Assembly (NCBI GenBank): GCA_963805625.1
Contig: CAWDVE010000016.1
Coordinates: 128,001-192,000, forward strand
Direction: 5' to 3'
Length of the DNA: 64,000 nucleotides
DNA from: an uncultured Candidatus Rokubacteria bacterium
GTDB lineage: Bacteria > Methylomirabilota > Methylomirabilia > Rokubacteriales > DASRDR01
Shown here: positions 58,477 to 64,000 of the stretch, piece by piece
Layout of the letters: the number at the start of each line of letters is the position of its first letter
Position numbering within the stretch: the first letter of the stretch is position 1
Position numbers and translations under genes: made by a program
Notes under the pieces: generated by a model
Database searches by the model: none
Seen by the model: only the letters and a program-made list of their open reading frames with translations
Told to the model about the DNA's origin: nothing

Positions 58477-61182
58477 TCACGCAGAGGGAGAGGCCAGGCG
58501 CCCGCGCCGCCGTGCCAGCACCCCCGTGACGCCGAGGGCGGCGAGGGTGGCGATCGTGACCCCCAGTCCGACGAAGACGCTCGGCTGACGATAGCGGAAC
58601 TCCACCCGGTGGCGGCCCGCCGTGAGGAACACGGCGCGGAGCGCGTGGTCCGCGCGCGTGATCGACACGGGCTGACCGTTGTCCCATGCCCGCCACCGGC
58701 GGTCGAACGTATCGCTCAGGACGAGGACGGCCGGCTCCGGCGCCTCGGTCTCCAGGAGGACGTGCTCGGGCGCATACGTAACGACGCGGACGGGCGGCAA
58801 GGGCGCCCCGCCAGTGTGCGGAGCCGGCGTGAAACCGGGCGGCGGGGGGTCTGCCGTCAGCACCTCCTCCACGGGGTCGAGATCGCCGAGTTGGTCGAGG
58901 ACCTGGGCGGCCGGCACCTGCCGCGCGCGTCGCACGAGAAAGGCGCGGGGAAGCGCGCGCAAATTCTCGTAGAGCCCTGCGGTGACCTGACGGAACCGCT
59001 CGGGCTCCGGCCCGGGCGGCCATGCCAGGGTGCTCTCCACGGCAAAGCGTTCCAGCACGAGCACGGCCGGCCCCGGGCCTCCCTCCAACAGGATCTGCGA
59101 GGGCCGGAATCCCCTGGGAAGGTCCACCGTCGCGCGGTACGTGTGGCCCTGGTACCCCTCGGGAACGGACCACGAGCGCACCACCGCGGGCCTACCGTGC
59201 CCGGCCTGCGCCCCCGGGCGGTCGAGCGACCACTCGCCGGTCTCGATGCCGGCGCGGATCGGGATCGTGGCCACCGAGCCGTCCGCGGCGATCACGCGGG
59301 CCGTGGCGACGATCTGACCTTGGCGGGCCGCGAGCCCATGGACGAGATGGGACTGGATCTCGACCTGCCGAGCTGCGTCGCCGGGTGGGAGCGAGAATCG
59401 GCGAAGGGCGCCGGGCCAGACGCGCAGGGGCCCGGCGGGCTTCGCGGGTGCCGGCGGCGGCCCGACCCCGGCCGGGAGCACGTACCGGACGTTGAGCAGA
59501 TCCTGGAGCCTCGGGTGCCCGCGGCCGAGCGCGTACAGGTCGAGGAAGGCCGGGGGCGCGAAGGTGCTCTCGCCGTCGACGACGCCCCACCCGTACCGAT
59601 AGATCGTCTGCGGATGGATGTGGTCGCCCCGGTGGAGCCGCAGGGGCTCGGTGGTTCGGCTGATCGCCTCCACCCACTCGCGCTCCCGCGGCGGACGGAC
59701 GTCCGGGTTCCGGGAGGTGTCCGTCACGGGATAGGAGCCGAAGAGGAGGTCGGCCAGCAGGACGACGAGCGCGGCGGCGCGCAACGCGAGCGGGTTTGCC
59801 CGTCCCGGCCACGACACGACGAGCGCCGCCCCGGCCAGCAGGAGCACGAGCATCAGGTACTGGCTTGCGAAATTCTGGAAGTCGTCGGCATTCGACCGAG
59901 CCTGGGCCCACACGAGGACCAGCATGAGGGGGACGACACCAGCTCCGGCGACCACCGCCAGCCGGCTGACTCCTCGAGCAAGGGCGTTCGGTCGGGGACC
60001 CGTGACGAGCGCTTGTGCCCCGAGGCCGGCAAGGATCGCGACAGCGAAGCCCGCGAGGCCGACGAATCGCGCCGGGATCCGGAAGAGGGTGAGGCCGGGC
60101 AGCAGATCGTACGTGGGCCGGTAGAGGCCGTAGTGGTCACCGAAGGCCAGCAGGATGGCCACAAGACCCAGCACCGCGTGAAAGCCCACGCGCCAGTCCC
60201 ATCGCCGCATGAGAGCGTGAACGGCGAGGATCAGGGGGAGCACGCCGGGGTAGAGGTAGTACTCGGAACCGCTGGTTCGCCAGCCGCCGACGGTGAACAG
60301 CCCCCAGGGCAGGATCGCCTGGGCCAGGTAGGCGGGGAGGAGCGAGCCCGTCGTCTTCCAGTCATAGCCAAGCCCGGCTCGGTGTGACGCGACCGCCATC
60401 TCCCAGGATGGGACGAGCTGAACGGCCGAGACCCCCAGCGCGACAGCCGGGACGAGTAAGAGGATCGCCGCGAGCCTCCGCCAGGGTTCCGCGGTGGCCG
60501 CGCGCCGCGCGACCAGTGTCAGACCGAGTGCCACGGTCGCCAGGACTACGTGATAGAAAAGCTGTGGATGTCCGGCGAGAAACGCCACCCCGAGCGCCAA
60601 ACCGCCGAGCGCGCCCCAGCGGGGACGCAGGGTCGAGTCCGCGCGGACGAGGCAGGCGAGGATCGCGGGGAGCCACGCCATCGTGTCGATCATCGTCCAG
60701 TGGGGGATGTGAGCGAGCATGAAGCCCGAGAACATGAACGCGATGCCGCTCAGGCTCGCGGCGAATCGTCCGAGACCGAGCTGCCGCGCGAACAGGTACG
60801 TGAAGCCGCCCGTCATTGCGTAGTGCAGGAGATGGTGATACTGCAGGACGACGTGAGGGATATGCTGCCCGCGCTCCAGAAGGCCCAGCACCAGCAGATT
60901 CAGCGGATAGAACAAGTGCAGGTGGGCCTGCAAGAACATCGGGTGGTGCGTACCACCGCCGAGGAACGGCGAGCCCGTCCCGAGCGTCGGGTCCCAGAGC
61001 GCCAGGATCCCGCGCTTGAGCTGATGGTAGAAGTAGGGCTCCACCGCGAGGCCGAAGTCGCCGCCGAGGTGAAGCCGCGATCCCGCGAACGGCGTGACGA
61101 TCGCCCAGAGCTTGACGGCCGCCAGCGCGGCGAGGCCCGCGATCGGCAGAGCCTCACGCACCCACAGACGGTGCCCGCGCAT
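58477..61182 (-). CDS. YfhO family GT-C membrane glycosyltransferase
   Basis: LWDP...GSPF, FYPLN, LAGHPQ, FRIPARF, ENLRALPRAF, LVLSD, GRHRVEFRYRQPS; multi-TM. Confidence 0.88.
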   Translation of the reverse strand: MRGHRLWVREALPIAGLAALAAVKLWAIVTPFAGSRLHLGGDFGLAVEPYFYHQLKRGILALWDPTLGTGSPFLGGGTHHPMFLQAHLHLFYPLNLLVLGLLERGQHIPHVVLQYHHLLHYAMTGGFTYLFARQLGLGRFAASLSGIAFMFSGFMLAHIPHWTMIDTMAWLPAILACLVRADSTLRPRWGALGGLALGVAFLAGHPQLFYHVVLATVALGLTLVARRAATAEPWRRLAAILLLVPAVALGVSAVQLVPSWEMAVASHRAGLGYDWKTTGSLLPAYLAQAILPWGLFTVGGWRTSGSEYYLYPGVLPLILAVHALMRRWDWRVGFHAVLGLVAILLAFGDHYGLYRPTYDLLPGLTLFRIPARFVGLAGFAVAILAGLGAQALVTGPRPNALARGVSRLAVVAGAGVVPLMLVLVWAQARSNADDFQNFASQYLMLVLLLAGAALVVSWPGRANPLALRAAALVVLLADLLFGSYPVTDTSRNPDVRPPREREWVEAISRTTEPLRLHRGDHIHPQTIYRYGWGVVDGESTFAPPAFLDLYALGRGHPRLQDLLNVRYVLPAGVGPPPAPAKPAGPLRVWPGALRRFSLPPGDAARQVEIQSHLVHGLAARQGQIVATARVIAADGSVATIPIRAGIETGEWSLDRPGAQAGHGRPAVVRSWSVPEGYQGHTYRATVDLPRGFRPSQILLEGGPGPAVLVLERFAVESTLAWPPGPEPERFRQVTAGLYENLRALPRAFLVRRARQVPAAQVLDQLGDLDPVEEVLTADPPPPGFTPAPHTGGAPLPPVRVVTYAPEHVLLETEAPEPAVLVLSDTFDRRWRAWDNGQPVSITRADHALRAVFLTAGRHRVEFRYRQPSVFVGLGVTIATLAALGVTGVLARRRGRLASPSA

Positions 61183-61234
61183 AGTGATCGTGCCGTGCTC
61201 TCCGAATCGGCCCGGGTAGCCTAGCAGAAAGACC

Positions 61235-62026
61235 ATGGAGCCTCAACAGAACGACGGAGGCGGCAGCGATGGGTCGGGGCTCTCGATCGTCGTGCCGGCC
61301 TACAACGAGGCCCGCCGTCTGCCGGGCACGTTGCCGCGGGTGATCGAGTACGCCAGCCGTCTCGATGAGTCCGTGGAGATTATCGTCGTGGACGACGGGA
61401 GCACCGACGGCACCGGCGACGTCGCGGCCTCGGTCGGGCAGGCGAGTGGCCTGGTAACGGTCCTCCGGAGCGACCGGAACCGCGGCAAGGGTGCGGCGGT
61501 GCGACGCGGCATGCTGGCCGCGCGCCTCGGTCACGTGCTCTTCACGGACGTGGACCTGTCGACGCCCATCGAGGAGGCGAGCAAGCTTCGCGCGGCGCTG
61601 GCCCGCGGGGCGGACGTGGCGATCGGGTCTCGGCGTCTCCCCGAGTCCGACGTCCAGGTCCACCAGCCCTGGCTGCGAGAGCTGGCGGGTCGCACCTTCA
61701 GCGGACTCGTCTCGCTCCTGCTGCTCCCGGGGATCCACGACAGCCAGTGCGGATTCAAGGCCTTCCGGCGGTCCGCCGCGCGTGAGCTCTTCGGCCAGCA
61801 GCGCCTCGAGGGATTCGGCTTCGACGCCGAGGTGCTGTGGCTCGCGCGACGGCTCGGATACCGGGTCGCCGAGGTTCCCATCGTCTGGCGCGACGATCAC
61901 CGCAGCAACGTGCGGCTTGTCCGTGATTCGGGCGGAATGCTGGTCGACCTGGGCCGCATCCGCCTCAACGGCTGGGCGGGGCGCTACGCGCTGAGGCGGC
62001 CCCACTCGTCGCCATCTCCGCGGTAG
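61235..62026 (+). CDS. Dolichyl/polyprenyl-phosphate beta-glucosyltransferase-like GT2
   Basis: SIVVPAYNE, NRGKGAAVRRG, FTDVDLSTP, DSQCGFKAF, FGFDAE. Confidence 0.92.
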   Translation: MEPQQNDGGGSDGSGLSIVVPAYNEARRLPGTLPRVIEYASRLDESVEIIVVDDGSTDGTGDVAASVGQASGLVTVLRSDRNRGKGAAVRRGMLAARLGHVLFTDVDLSTPIEEASKLRAALARGADVAIGSRRLPESDVQVHQPWLRELAGRTFSGLVSLLLLPGIHDSQCGFKAFRRSAARELFGQQRLEGFGFDAEVLWLARRLGYRVAEVPIVWRDDHRSNVRLVRDSGGMLVDLGRIRLNGWAGRYALRRPHSSPSPR

Positions 62027-62031
62027 GGGCC

Positions 62032-64000
62032 GTGAGCCGCCTGGACCGGCTGGGCGGCGCGAATCCCCCGGCCGCGCCCGAGTCCGGGGGGGCGTCCCGA
62101 GGGCTGCTGATCGCGCTGGGAGTTGGGGTGATCGTCCGGCTCCTGCTGCTCCGGCTGCCGCGTCTCTGGTACGACGAGGCGACGTCGGGTCTGCTTGGCC
62201 TGTCGGTGCTCAGGGGCGAGCTGCCCGTCTACTTCTTCGGTCAGCCGTTCATGGGCGCGCTGGACGGCTACCTCGCCGCGCCGCTCTTCTGGCTGCTGGG
62301 TGTGTCCGCCCGGACCCTCGAGCTGGTCCCCGTGCTCCTCGCGCTGGCTAGCGTCGGCTTGACCGTCCGCCTGGCGCACGATGCGTTCGGGCCGAGGGCG
62401 GCGCTGTTCACCGCGGTCCTGCTGGCGGTCCCGCCGGACTTCCTGCTGTTCTGGTCTCACGAGGCCCGCAACCACTATCCGCTCACGGTCCTCCTCGGGA
62501 CCCTCGCGCTCGTCCTCGCCCTGCGGGCGCCCGCCGCGCGGGGCGGTCGGGCGACCGTCCTGTGCGCCCTGCTGGGCGGGATCCTCGGGCTCGCCTTCTG
62601 GACCAACTTCCTCTCCCTCGTCTATTTCCCGGCGATTGCGCTGTTGCTTCTGCGCCGGGGAGTCCGCCCGCTCGTCCCCGGCGTCCTTGCGGCGCTGCCC
62701 GCGTTCGTGCTCGGCAGCCTGCCGCACTGGTTGTACGGCGTGCCTCACGGAACGGCGATGCCACCGCCCGGCCGGCCGGTGGGACTCGAGACCGTCCTAG
62801 CCCATCTCCGCTTCTTCGGAAGAACGGCCTGGCCCATCGTGGTCGGCGTGCCGCAGAACCTCCGGGACGCCACCCTGGGCGTCGGGCTCGCCCTCGTGCT
62901 GGGCGCGCTGTACCTGGTCGCCGCGCTCGCGGCCCTCCGCGCCGTCCGCCGCGCCGCCGCGCCCGCGGGCGCGGCGGGTCTGGCCCTCGTCGCCCTCGCG
63001 TGCACCAACGTGGGCATCGCGGTGGTGACGCAGTACGGACGCGGCCTCGACGACAACGATCCGCACTACCTCCTGCCGCTCTACACGGCGCTGCCGCCGC
63101 TCCTCGGGTGGTTCCTGGCCGGACTGTCGGATCGACGGTGCGCGCGCGTCCTGACGGCGGCACTCGTCCTGCTCAACGCGGCCAGTGCCCTCGACGGAAG
63201 CTTCGGGAACTTCCGTCCGGCCATCGCGGCGGCCGAGCGAGCCGGGCTCGCGGCGCAGCTCGCGACCCTCGAGAGTCTCGAGCGCGCCGGGCTTCACCGG
63301 CTCTACGATTCCGATGCCACGGGACGGGTGTTCACGGTCCTGTCGGCGGGCCGGACAATCGTCTCGAATCCCTACGAGGAGATTCGACCTGGCTTCGCGC
63401 GCGCCGTCGATGGCGCTCCGGTAGTGGCTTGGTGGATGCCGCGGCGCGCGCCGGTGCTCGAAGCGCACTTCGCCGCGCTGGGCCTCCGCTTCGCGTTCCG
63501 CCGCGTGAGCCCGCTCGGCGGCGTGTACGAGGGGTTCGCGCTGGTCGCCCCGCCGGTCCGCGAGGTGGCAGCGCGGGCGCTCCGGGTCACCGCCAGCGAC
63601 GGGTCCGGTGACACCGGCCGCATGACGGATCGCATCGGCTCGACGCTCTGGAGCACTGGCCATCCCCAGCGGGGCGGCGAGTGGATCCAGGTGGACCTGG
63701 GCGCCGTCGTGCCCGTCGCGCTCGTCCGCTGGCTGCCGGGCACGTACCAGGAAGTGCCCCGCGGCCTCCGGCTCGAGGGATCCCTGGACGGGTCCGCCTG
63801 GCGCCCGCTGGTGGATCTGCCCGAGTACGGCGGACCGCTCTACGCGTCGGCGGGGCGGCCCATCCAGCGCGTCCGAAGCGGCCGGGTGGAGCTTCGGGTA
63901 GAGCCGGCTCCGGCTCGCCATCTCCGCATCACGCAGACGGGGCGCGGCACGTTCTGGGCGTGGACGATCCGGGAGCTGTACGTGTACGCGTCGACCGGAG
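62032..64000 (+). CDS. GT-C (ArnT/PMT-like) glycosyltransferase with F5/8 (discoidin) domain; partial, absent from ORF track
   Basis: Open frame from GTG 62032 to window end: LWYDEATSGL...PVYFFGQPFMGALDGY, multi-TM, then WSTGHPQRGGEWIQVDLG...GSLDGSAW...WTIREL. Confidence 0.85.
   Translation, partial: MSRLDRLGGANPPAAPESGGASRGLLIALGVGVIVRLLLLRLPRLWYDEATSGLLGLSVLRGELPVYFFGQPFMGALDGYLAAPLFWLLGVSARTLELVPVLLALASVGLTVRLAHDAFGPRAALFTAVLLAVPPDFLLFWSHEARNHYPLTVLLGTLALVLALRAPAARGGRATVLCALLGGILGLAFWTNFLSLVYFPAIALLLLRRGVRPLVPGVLAALPAFVLGSLPHWLYGVPHGTAMPPPGRPVGLETVLAHLRFFGRTAWPIVVGVPQNLRDATLGVGLALVLGALYLVAALAALRAVRRAAAPAGAAGLALVALACTNVGIAVVTQYGRGLDDNDPHYLLPLYTALPPLLGWFLAGLSDRRCARVLTAALVLLNAASALDGSFGNFRPAIAAAERAGLAAQLATLESLERAGLHRLYDSDATGRVFTVLSAGRTIVSNPYEEIRPGFARAVDGAPVVAWWMPRRAPVLEAHFAALGLRFAFRRVSPLGGVYEGFALVAPPVREVAARALRVTASDGSGDTGRMTDRIGSTLWSTGHPQRGGEWIQVDLGAVVPVALVRWLPGTYQEVPRGLRLEGSLDGSAWRPLVDLPEYGGPLYASAGRPIQRVRSGRVELRVEPAPARHLRITQTGRGTFWAWTIRELYVYASTG

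Overview
Very GC-rich bacterial chromosomal segment. Gene content and style suggest a Methylomirabilota/Rokubacteria-like organism, but that is inference. It holds about 60 CDS: sugar and peptide ABC transport, gluconokinase-transketolase, fhs, a GldAFG/DUF4340 ABC module, a PAS hybrid kinase, pcaF, several MFS transporters and a polyprenyl-phosphate/GT-C glycosylation cluster at the right end. I saw no rRNA, tRNA, CRISPR array, integrase or transposase. The strongest candidate for an undescribed system is an operon pairing a signal-peptide-bearing DUF151 protein with a short ARC/Mpa-like AAA protein. The AAA protein ends in the proteasome-docking motif GQYL but has lost Walker B, the pore-loop aromatic and sensor-1, so it may be a pseudo-ATPase proteasome cap. 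Also notable are a helical-repeat-NYN RNase fusion, an alanine-racemase homolog lacking its catalytic Tyr next to an Fe/2OG hydroxylase, and a CusF-fold single-pass receptor with an Arg-rich tail. The window also has a 38-aa Zn-finger microprotein missing from the ORF track, five internally deleted or frameshifted pseudogenes, and many apparently leaderless promoters. All family calls come from motif recognition; no database searches were run.
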